Shown one piece after another: positions 56,378 through 64,000 of a stretch of DNA of 64,000 bases. Source of the DNA: Candidatus Calditenuis fumarioli (GTDB lineage Archaea > Thermoproteota > Nitrososphaeria_A > Caldarchaeales > Calditenuaceae); assembly GCA_030059665.1 (NCBI GenBank), contig JANVYR010000001.1:1-64000 (forward strand), in the 5' to 3' direction. The notes beneath the pieces are model-generated. The model did no database searches and was not told the origin of the DNA. It saw nothing but the letters and a program-made list of their open reading frames with translations. A program made the position numbers and the translations under genes. Within the stretch, counting starts at the first letter, position 1, and the number at the start of each line of letters is the position of its first letter.

Positions 56378-56856
56378 GTCAGGTTCTCGTCGTCGAAGTC
56401 CCTCACCAGGACCGGCTCTCCTTCACCGATCTGGTGGGAAGCCTCCATCAGCCTCCTCACGGTCATCTCGTCGAGCGGCCTGAGAGCGGCCTCGTAGGCG
56501 GGATGGTCCTCCCCGAAGACCTCCCTGGTCAGCTCGGCCACAAGCCTCCTGACCTCCTGCTCGTCGAGGAACCCCAGCGAGTGCAGGTACTCGTGGAGTA
56601 GAACCGTAAAGAGGTACGAGTTCAGCCGGACCCTCGGGAGGCCGGAGGAGAGCAGCGCGCCCAGCACCCTCCTGTTGACGACGATGAAGTTGGTGCCGAC
56701 TCCGTGGAAGGCCAGGACGTAGGCCGGAGCGTCCGCGAGGACCAGCATCAGGCCAGCCCTCCTCAGGCCCAGCTTCTCCTCGACCACGCGCTTCACCAAC
56801 CTGAACACCTCCTTGAAGGAGCCTGCCGCCTCGAGCTCCTCCCGGACCTTCTCCAT
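56365..56856 (-). CDS. Small zincin-like HExxH protein (163 aa)
   Basis: LLHEYLHSLG motif; GAG-rich SD before ATG 56856. The ORF-track extension to 57540 is antisense to pdxT. Confidence 0.7.
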   Translation of the reverse strand: MEKVREELEAAGSFKEVFRLVKRVVEEKLGLRRAGLMLVLADAPAYVLAFHGVGTNFIVVNRRVLGALLSSGLPRVRLNSYLFTVLLHEYLHSLGFLDEQEVRRLVAELTREVFGEDHPAYEAALRPLDEMTVRRLMEASHQIGEGEPVLVRDFDDENLTYVA

Positions 56857-56964
56857 CCCTCCCTCCACCGACCGGCCGCCGAATAAGGGTGCCACCTCTA
56901 CGCGGTCGACGGGCCGCACGGATAAGCATAATACCGGAGGAGGTCCGGCCGTTACTGGAGCGGC

Positions 56965-57582
56965 ATGGTCCGGATCGGCGTCACGACCTTCCAGGGCGAC
57001 GTGGAGGAGCACCTGGCGGCCACGAGGGAGGCGCTTCGGAGGCTTGGGGTACCCGGAGAGGTGGTGACGGTCAAGCTGCCGGAGGAGGTGGAGGGCCTCG
57101 ACGCCCTGATCATACCCGGAGGCGAGAGCACCGTGATGGGGAGGCTCGCCCAGAGGACGGGTGCGCTGGACGCCATCAGGAGGAGGGTGCTGGAGGGGAT
57201 GCCTGTGCTGGGGACGTGCGCGGGGCTCATCTTCCTCGCCAAGCGCGTCTACGACCGCGTCGTCGGCGAGACGGGCCAACCTCTTCTTGGGGTTCTGGAC
57301 GTCCTCGTCGAGAGGAACGCCTACGGCAGGCAGCGCGAGTCCTTCGAGGTCGAGCTGGACATACCCGCTCTCGGAGCAAGGGGGTTCAGGGCCGTCTTCA
57401 TCAGGGCCCCGTCGATCCTCGAGGTGGGGGAGGGCGTCGAGGTCCTCGCCAGCTACGGCAATAGGCCGGTCGCGGTGCGGCAGGAGGCCGTCTACGGGAC
57501 CACCTTCCACCCCGAGCTCTCGGGGAGCACCGCCTTCCACGAGGCGCTGGTGAGGGAGGCGGTCAGGTTCTCGCGGCGCTGA
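56965..57582 (+). CDS. pdxT: PLP synthase glutaminase subunit
   Basis: PGGEST, GTCAG, RNAYGRQRESF, FIRAP, FHPEL motifs. Confidence 0.95.
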   Translation: MVRIGVTTFQGDVEEHLAATREALRRLGVPGEVVTVKLPEEVEGLDALIIPGGESTVMGRLAQRTGALDAIRRRVLEGMPVLGTCAGLIFLAKRVYDRVVGETGQPLLGVLDVLVERNAYGRQRESFEVELDIPALGARGFRAVFIRAPSILEVGEGVEVLASYGNRPVAVRQEAVYGTTFHPELSGSTAFHEALVREAVRFSRR

Positions 57583-57637
57583 AGGAGGCCTTTCGTCCCA
57601 TCAAAATGATATTAGCAGGACGGAGACCTCTGGAGCG

Positions 57638-58588
57638 ATGAGGTTCGTCAGGGACGACGAGGTGGCCTCGGCCATACCGATGAGGGAGGTGATCGATGCG
57701 GTGGAGAGGGGGTTCGCGCTCTACAGCCTCAGGCGCGTCAGGATGCCACAGCGCGTCAGGACCGACGTCCCCGAGCACAACGGCGCGATCCTGCTGATGC
57801 CGTGCCTCGTCCCTGAGCTGGAGGTCTACAGCGTCAAGTACGTCACCGTCTATCCCGATAACCCCTCGAGGGGCCTGCCCACGATCTTCGCGGCGCTTCT
57901 CATCTCCGATCCCAGGACCGGTGAGCCCAAGGTGCTCGCGGAGGCCAGGGCGGCCACGGGGCTCAGGACCGGTGCGGCGACTGCGGTCTCGATCAAGCAC
58001 CTCGCCAGGAGGGACGCGGAGAACCTCGGCATCATCGGTTGCGGGTACCAGGCCAGGTGGCAGCTGAGGGCTGCGGCGGAGGTGATGCGCTGCAGCGCGG
58101 TGAGGGCGTACGACGTCGTGAGGCAGAGGGCCGAGGAGCTGGCCTCCGAGGCCTCGAGGGAGCTGGGGCTCGAGGTCAGGGTTTCGGATACGGCGGAGGA
58201 GGTCGTCAGGAGAAGTGACGTGGTGATCACCGCGACCACCTCGAGGACGCCCTTCGTGAAGAAGCAGTGGGTCAGGCCTGGTACGCACTTCTCCGCGATA
58301 GGCGCCTTCACTCCGGACATGGCCGAGCTCGAGGCGGAGCTGGTCGCATCGTCGAAGGTCTACGTCGACTCGCTCGAGGCCGCTAAGGAGGAGGCGGGGG
58401 ACATCATCCAGGCGGTCGCCAAGGGGCTAATGCGGTGGGAGGACGTCAGGGCCGAGATAGGCGAGGTCGTCGCGGGCCTGAAGAAAGGGAGGGAGAACGA
58501 CGAGGAGGTGACGGTCTTCAAGAGCGTGGGGATCGCCGTGCAGGACGCCGCTGTGGCCGCGCTCATCCTCCGGCACCTAGGGGAGTGA
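57638..58588 (+). CDS. Ornithine cyclodeaminase/archaeal alanine dehydrogenase family protein 2
   Basis: VKYVTVYPDN, RTGAA, IGCGYQA, IGAF, FKSVG...QD motifs. Confidence 0.88.
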   Translation: MRFVRDDEVASAIPMREVIDAVERGFALYSLRRVRMPQRVRTDVPEHNGAILLMPCLVPELEVYSVKYVTVYPDNPSRGLPTIFAALLISDPRTGEPKVLAEARAATGLRTGAATAVSIKHLARRDAENLGIIGCGYQARWQLRAAAEVMRCSAVRAYDVVRQRAEELASEASRELGLEVRVSDTAEEVVRRSDVVITATTSRTPFVKKQWVRPGTHFSAIGAFTPDMAELEAELVASSKVYVDSLEAAKEEAGDIIQAVAKGLMRWEDVRAEIGEVVAGLKKGRENDEEVTVFKSVGIAVQDAAVAALILRHLGE

Positions 58589-58594
58589 CCCTTC

Positions 58595-61171
58595 TTGCGG
58601 GGATCATCAGGTCCCTCCGTCGCCTCGTTCGCGCTTCTGGTGTTCTCCCTTCTGCTGGCTCTCGGTTCGCTGGTCCTCCTCACCGAGCCCGCGTCCGCAC
58701 AGCCCAGGTGGAGCTTCCGCGCCAACGTAACCGGCACGCTCTACCCAGGAGAGGAAGGGACGATCCTCGTCTCGGTGATGAACACCGAGTGCGTGAACAG
58801 GGTCCGGATGGCCAAGCTCGACTACACCAGGCACGACTTCGTCAGGAACGTCGAGGAGCCCCAGATCGAGGCCATCAGGGCAAGGCTCGAGGAGCTGAAG
58901 GGGCTGAACCTCATCGGGAACTATCTGATCGCAGAGAATTCAAGCCAGCTCTTCGGGAGCGTCGTCCGGTTCAACCTAACGGTCTTCGTCTACGACTACT
59001 GCACGGGCCGTAACGCTCAGGTCCAGAAGGCCAGGGTCTGGTTCACATGGCCGGGTTACGGCAGGTCCTACAGCTCCGAGGTCGTCGTGGGGAGGACGCT
59101 ACCGCCGTTCGACGTGCTCGGGTACGTCGTCACCGGCTCCACCTCAGGCTTCAGGATCGACCTCTCGTTCGCATTCAAGGTGCCGAAGGACATCGACTCG
59201 GAGCTCCTGGTGCCCTCCACCCCGGTCGTCGAGCTGGACGCGGTCGTCACAAGGGATCAGTACACCTTCGGAGGGCCGTTCGGTCTGAGGGAGGTCGTGG
59301 TGACCGGATCGGTCAGGATAGAGCCGTTCAGGACCTTCGAGCTCCTGATCACCGACAGCTACGGCGAGAGGCCACTGCCTTCTGCGACTCTTCGGCTACA
59401 GGCCCACGTCTACCCCTTCTCGCTCGAGCTCCGAACGGGACCTGACGGTAGGCTATTGATCAGGAGGCTCCCCGACCAGTACAGCTACAGGGCCTACGTG
59501 CTCTTCCAGACACCGGTCGTAGAGGAGCCGATCACGGTAGCCGTGCTCGACGTCGAAGCGAGGGAACTTGCGGCTTCCGGAACCATCAGGACCGAACTGT
59601 ACACGGTGAGGGTCTCCGTGCGGGACTCGAAGGGCAAGCCTGTCCAGGGAGCTGACGTGACCCTTTCGCCGATCGAGGTGATCTACGCCAAGGAATGGAG
59701 GCCGGTTTCGGTGACCACGACCGGTGAAGGCAAGGCCGAGTTCCCGCTGATATCTCGAGGCAACTACTCGGTCTCCGTCAGAAGACTCGGGATCGAGGTC
59801 TTCAGCTCCTCGCTCTACGTGGGATATCACCCGACGTACGGCTTCAGGGAGCCAAACCTGGACGCGGTCGCGAGGCTCGACGACCTGAAGGTCTCGGTGG
59901 TGGACGGCAAGGGGAGGCCGGTGCCCGCGAACGTGGAGGTCATGATGTCCCCAAGCGGAGAGGTCCTCGCCTCGCTCACCGCACCCGATGGGAAGGTCCT
60001 TCTGGCCCAGATCCCCGTGATCGATTACCGCATCAGGGTCAGCGTCAAGTCGTCGCTGGGAACGGCGCTGGTCAGCGAGGCCACCGCGAGGCCTGGCGAT
60101 GGCGAGGGTGTTACGGTCCGGATGCCTTTGTTCAGGGTGAGGCTCGAGGCCCGAACCGCAGACGGCAGGCCCCTGCCGGAGGGAACGGTCAGGGTCGACG
60201 GCGCGAGCTTCGAGTTAGTGGGCGGCTCGATAGCTCTGGACCTGGTCCCTGAGGGACCACACCGGATCTCGGTCACGTTCAGGGGAGCGGAGGTCTTCAC
60301 GGGCGAGCTCGTGGTCGCTGACGACCAGGAACGGGTGCTCCCGGCATCGGTCTACAGGCTGGATCTGAGCTTCGTGGACGCCGAGGGGAACCCTGTCGAC
60401 GTCTCGTGGCGTGCATCGGGGGCCGGCCTCAGAAAGGAGGGCACAGGCCGCTCCGTTACGCTCGATCTAGTCCCGGACGTTCAGCTCGAGCTCTCCGTGA
60501 CCTACCGCTTCCTCAACACGAGCGCGGATCTGCTGCGGCTGACCGAAAGGGTCTCGTCCCTCGCGAAGGAGGACCGGCTGGTTCTGCCGCTGGCGAGGCT
60601 CAGGGTCTCGGTGGTCTGGGACTACGGCGCGCCCTTCTCAGGTTCCATCTCCCTGACATATGGGAACGCATCCGTGACAGGCCAGGTGAGGAACGGCGAG
60701 TTCTCCACAGGAGTTCCAGTCCCCTTCGGCAACTACTCCTTCAGGGTCGCTGACGGTTTCGGAAACGTCCTGAGCTCGGGCGTCGTCCATCACCGTGGCG
60801 AGACCATCAGGATCACCGTGAGGACCGTCCGGATCGCGGTGGACGTGATAGACCTGTTCGGCACGCCTGTTCCGGGAGCCAACGTCAGGGTCCTCCTCGG
60901 ACCATCTCCCTACCGCATGGGTATCACCGATCTGACCGGAAGGGTCGAGTTCACGGGCCTTCCCGAGCGCCTCTCCCCGTATGTGGTGGAGGTAACCGTC
61001 AGGGATTACGTGGAGCGCAAAATGGTGTCCGCGTCATCAACCTTCACCGTCCCCTACGTCCGCGTGCTGGACTCGCTGCTGTCGTTGCTCGAACTCGGAA
61101 TCGTTGCTGTTGCCGTCTTAGCCGCCAGTGCCGCACTGGCATTATACTCTATCCGGCGACCAAGGTCCTGA
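58595..61171 (+). CDS. Large membrane-anchored surface protein with repeated beta-sandwich (carboxypeptidase regulatory-like) domains
   Basis: N-terminal signal peptide, ~7 recurrences of 'V.D..G.PV..A.V.', and a C-terminal TM helix with a basic tail. Confidence 0.8.
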   Translation: MRGSSGPSVASFALLVFSLLLALGSLVLLTEPASAQPRWSFRANVTGTLYPGEEGTILVSVMNTECVNRVRMAKLDYTRHDFVRNVEEPQIEAIRARLEELKGLNLIGNYLIAENSSQLFGSVVRFNLTVFVYDYCTGRNAQVQKARVWFTWPGYGRSYSSEVVVGRTLPPFDVLGYVVTGSTSGFRIDLSFAFKVPKDIDSELLVPSTPVVELDAVVTRDQYTFGGPFGLREVVVTGSVRIEPFRTFELLITDSYGERPLPSATLRLQAHVYPFSLELRTGPDGRLLIRRLPDQYSYRAYVLFQTPVVEEPITVAVLDVEARELAASGTIRTELYTVRVSVRDSKGKPVQGADVTLSPIEVIYAKEWRPVSVTTTGEGKAEFPLISRGNYSVSVRRLGIEVFSSSLYVGYHPTYGFREPNLDAVARLDDLKVSVVDGKGRPVPANVEVMMSPSGEVLASLTAPDGKVLLAQIPVIDYRIRVSVKSSLGTALVSEATARPGDGEGVTVRMPLFRVRLEARTADGRPLPEGTVRVDGASFELVGGSIALDLVPEGPHRISVTFRGAEVFTGELVVADDQERVLPASVYRLDLSFVDAEGNPVDVSWRASGAGLRKEGTGRSVTLDLVPDVQLELSVTYRFLNTSADLLRLTERVSSLAKEDRLVLPLARLRVSVVWDYGAPFSGSISLTYGNASVTGQVRNGEFSTGVPVPFGNYSFRVADGFGNVLSSGVVHHRGETIRITVRTVRIAVDVIDLFGTPVPGANVRVLLGPSPYRMGITDLTGRVEFTGLPERLSPYVVEVTVRDYVERKMVSASSTFTVPYVRVLDSLLSLLELGIVAVAVLAASAALALYSIRRPRS

Positions 61172-61348
61172 ACTCCGACGGTCATATCCGGGAATTGGTT
61201 TCCTGAGGTCCTACGGAATTTTTGGGAAAGGTCATGTGATCCGCAGGGAATCCTCGTATATCATCCCGCATCTGACAATAATATGGTGCTGGTGGGCGAA
61301 ATCTATCACGGTTATAGTGGGTTTGTGGCCAATTGAGCCCGAAGACCG

Positions 61349-62470
61349 ATGCAGAGGTTCGTAGAGTACGTCTCGAGCTACGAACTCGAGGGCGGTTGGA
61401 AAACTGAGAAGAGGAAAAGCCACCCACTCCACTCCCTATGCTCACGGACCGGTTCCTTCCCACCGGCTTTGGCGAGGTGGTACATCGAGCGCTGCTCGGC
61501 ACCTGGAGGCGTTGTGTTGGACCCGTTCTCCGGGAAGGGGACGGCGCCCCTGGAGGCTTGCCTGGGAGGCAGAATAGGCATCGGCAACGACCTAGCGCCC
61601 GAGGCGTACATCCTGACCAGGGCTAAGGTGAGGCCGGTGACGTTCGGGGAGGTGAAGGGGTGGGTTGAGAGGAACAGGCGCTTCATCGAGGGCTACAGAT
61701 CCTCCGATGCTCCGGAGGAGGTGGAGGTCTTCTACAGCAGGAGGACGCTCAGGCAGATACTCGCCGTCAGGGAGCTGCTGAGGGAACCTGAGGAGGACGT
61801 GGACTGGTTCGTGAGCGCGGTGATGCTGGGAATCCTGCACGGCTCATCCAGCGACTCGCTATCGGTCAAGTGCTCCCACTCCTTCTCGATGTCGCCCGGA
61901 TACGTCAAGAGGTCGGTCAGGGAGCTGCGCCTTAGGAAGCCGGAGAGGAACGTTCCCGATTGCATCCTGATGAGGGCGAGGAGGGTGCTCTGCGAGGGGA
62001 TCCCGAGCGTGAGGGGTGATGCGTTCAACGTCGACGCCAGGTCGCTGCCTCTCGGAGACGAGTCGGTGGACCTGATCGTGACCTCGCCGCCCTACTTCAG
62101 CATGCAGACCTACGCGTGGGACAACTGGCTCAGGCTTTGGTTCCTCGGCCACGACTACCGTGAGGTAGCCAAGAGGCTCTTCCACACCAGCTCCGTCCCC
62201 AAGTTCCTCGAGTTCATGGAGGAGGTCCTCAGGGAGTCGCACAGGGTCCTGAAAAGGGGAGGAGCCTGTGTCCTGGTCCTCGGCGTGGTCAGGTTGAAGG
62301 GGGTGCTGATCAACATGGCGGAACTCCTCCTCCCCGTCGCGGAGAGGGTCGGGTTTGAACCGATCAGGATAGTGGCCGACGAGATACCGAAGGAGCGGAA
62401 GTACCTGATGTACCTGGACAGGTCGCAGGGCGTGGGGAGGGAGGTGGTCCTGGAGCTGAGGAAAAGGTGA
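61349..62470 (+). CDS. N4-cytosine/N6-adenine DNA methyltransferase 2
   Basis: HPLH...SFPP, DPFSGKGT (motif I) before TSPPY (motif IV). Confidence 0.82.
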   Translation: MQRFVEYVSSYELEGGWKTEKRKSHPLHSLCSRTGSFPPALARWYIERCSAPGGVVLDPFSGKGTAPLEACLGGRIGIGNDLAPEAYILTRAKVRPVTFGEVKGWVERNRRFIEGYRSSDAPEEVEVFYSRRTLRQILAVRELLREPEEDVDWFVSAVMLGILHGSSSDSLSVKCSHSFSMSPGYVKRSVRELRLRKPERNVPDCILMRARRVLCEGIPSVRGDAFNVDARSLPLGDESVDLIVTSPPYFSMQTYAWDNWLRLWFLGHDYREVAKRLFHTSSVPKFLEFMEEVLRESHRVLKRGGACVLVLGVVRLKGVLINMAELLLPVAERVGFEPIRIVADEIPKERKYLMYLDRSQGVGREVVLELRKR

Positions 62471-63597
62471 TGGACGTGATCGTGGAGACGCACGGAGAGG
62501 TCTGCCGCCTCGGATACCTCAGGGCCATCACGGCGATAGCCGCATCCCTCGGTGAGGGCACCACCCTGGAGTACATAGCGGCCATGCTCCACAGCCTCGT
62601 GCAGAGCACCCCGCTCGTCGACCAGTCCGAGGAGAAGTTGACCGGCTTCATCAGGAACCCGGTGACCGCGAGGAACTACGTCACCCTGGCGAGGGACCTG
62701 GGCTTCGTCGGCGGCGAGAGGACCGGCGGGCTCGGAACATGGGGTAGGATATACATGGCGATGAAGTCGTCGGCGAAGTTCTCGGCGTACGTCAGGGGAG
62801 ACGTGAAGCTGAGCCACAGGGACCTGATATCGCTCAACCCGGTCGAGAAGTTCCTGATGCTGTACGTCGTCCTCCAGCGAGACCACCTGATGACGAAGAG
62901 GCTCCTCGAGTTCGCGATCGAGAGGGGCGAGTTCACCAGGAACGAGGCGATGATCTTCCTGATGGAGGAGGTCTACCCGGAGGTTTTGAGGACGCTGATG
63001 AGCTCGGCCGGGAAGAGGAGGAGGGCGGAGCTGATGCAGAAGCTTGAGGAGGCCCAGCGCTTCAGGGAGCTCAGGGAGAGCTTCGGGAGGAAGTCCGAGT
63101 GGATCAGGTCCCCGCTATACGCGAAGTACCGGCACGTCGCACCTCCGAGGCTCGAGTGGCTGGTGGACCTCGACCTGCTATCGAAGGTGAGGCGCGGAAG
63201 GTATGCGGTCTCAGAGCTCCTCAGGAACAACTCCTCCATTTTCAGGAAGGTGCTGGGCTTCCCGCCCTCCTCGCTCCCTGACCAGCTCTTCGCCAACATC
63301 GCACCCGTTTACCTGAAGTACGTGAAGTCGCCTCCCAGGGGCATGTCGCTCCAGGCACTGCTGACAGCGTTCCGGCAGCTCTCGAGGGACGGGAGGGAGC
63401 CGGTGAACGTCAAGACGCTCGAGGTCGCAACCTCCTTCCTGCTGCTGGAGAACAACCTGCTGATGACGCCGAAGGAGGCGCACGAGTTCCTGAACGGCCT
63501 ATCGCTGATCCACTCGGACAAGATCTTCATGACGCCGATGGAGGACGGCCTTTACATCACCCGCATCGCGCTGAGGGAGACGGACCTCACCACCTAA
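62467..63597 (+). CDS. Unknown 376-aa protein with probable winged-helix repeats, coupled to MTase 2
   Basis: GTGA overlap with the MTase. ARNYVTLARDLGFV and PRLEWLVDLDLL resemble wHTH helix3/wing segments. Confidence 0.65.
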   Translation: MMDVIVETHGEVCRLGYLRAITAIAASLGEGTTLEYIAAMLHSLVQSTPLVDQSEEKLTGFIRNPVTARNYVTLARDLGFVGGERTGGLGTWGRIYMAMKSSAKFSAYVRGDVKLSHRDLISLNPVEKFLMLYVVLQRDHLMTKRLLEFAIERGEFTRNEAMIFLMEEVYPEVLRTLMSSAGKRRRAELMQKLEEAQRFRELRESFGRKSEWIRSPLYAKYRHVAPPRLEWLVDLDLLSKVRRGRYAVSELLRNNSSIFRKVLGFPPSSLPDQLFANIAPVYLKYVKSPPRGMSLQALLTAFRQLSRDGREPVNVKTLEVATSFLLLENNLLMTPKEAHEFLNGLSLIHSDKIFMTPMEDGLYITRIALRETDLTT

Positions 63598-64000
63598 GCG
63601 ATGGACCTGAGGTTCCTGATCAGCTCCCTGACCGCTTTGGCCCTGTGCGACCTGAGGTTCTTCTCCTCGGGAGTCATCTCCGCGAAGGTCCGCTCCGACC
63701 CTTCTGGAACGAAGACCGGATCGAACCCGAACCCGCCGGTGCCCCTCGGACTCTCCGCTATGAAGCCCCTCACCTCGCCGAGGAAGACGCTCACCTTGCC
63801 CTCCCGGTCGACGTGGGCGACGGCGGACCTGAAGACGGCCGACCTGTCCCGGGCACCTCGCATCAGCCGTAGCAACCCATCGATGCCGATGGTCCTGAAG
63901 ACGTACGAGGAATAGGGTCCAGGGAAGCCGTTCAGCGCCTCCACGAAGAGCCCAGCGTCCTCCACGACCACGTCTCCCCCGAACTTCGCGTAGGCGTCGA
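63594..64000 (-). CDS. rdgB: Non-canonical purine NTP pyrophosphatase (RdgB/HAM1), 5' part outside the window
   Basis: EDAG, GFPGPYS, GFGFDPVF, KNLRSHR motifs; the frame is open to base 64000. Confidence 0.93.
   Translation of the reverse strand, partial: DAYAKFGGDVVVEDAGLFVEALNGFPGPYSSYVFRTIGIDGLLRLMRGARDRSAVFRSAVAHVDREGKVSVFLGEVRGFIAESPRGTGGFGFDPVFVPEGSERTFAEMTPEEKNLRSHRAKAVRELIRNLRSIA

Noticed and set aside
56857-57540. N-terminal 228 codons of ORF 56365..57540
   Set aside because: Antisense to pdxT; only the part from ATG 56856 looks protein-like.
56965-57582. pdxT without adjacent pdxS
   Set aside because: Separation of pdxS and pdxT is common in archaea and is not noteworthy without the whole genome.
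1-64000. CRISPR arrays, rRNA/tRNA genes, integrases, Sec/Pyl readthrough
   Set aside because: By eye I found no regularly spaced 24-40 bp repeats, no tRNA/rRNA signatures in the short intergenic gaps, no recombinase ORF and no in-frame stop inside an otherwise intact gene. A tRNAscan/Infernal run would be needed to be certain.

Overview
64 kb of an archaeal chromosome. Archaeal markers include TATA/BRE promoters about 25-30 nt upstream of start codons, archaeal-type ProRS, aIF-1A, an HTH-fused CTP-dependent riboflavin kinase, a proteasome beta subunit and an Rpn11-like JAMM protease. The Rpn11-like gene and the high GC suggest Caldarchaeales ('Aigarchaeota'); this assignment is inference. (1) Positions ~1-29.4 kb form a lower-GC catabolic island for aromatic or heteroaromatic acids. 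It holds a heme-oxygenase-like diiron enzyme coupled to a CxxC mini-protein, three tandem Tat-type NMT1-like binding proteins, a ThDP decarboxylase, two amidohydrolases, four CoA ligases, HpaBC, a LigB/LigA-type extradiol dioxygenase with a thioesterase, two divergent RraA/HMG aldolases, an orphan Mo-hydroxylase large subunit, a DUF6282-like barrel and a DRE-TIM enzyme. (2) Positions ~29.8-64 kb are higher GC and hold an Rpn11/coiled-coil/DNA methyltransferase operon, ribK, an Ala1 (non-catalytic) proteasome beta, 2-oxoacid dehydrogenase E1beta/E2, an ACAD/Mo-hydroxylase/thiolase-like operon, incomplete ABC systems, housekeeping genes, a large surface protein and a second DNA MTase coupled to an unknown winged-helix-like protein. 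I saw no CRISPR array, rRNA or tRNA. All family calls come from motif reading and recall, not from database searches.
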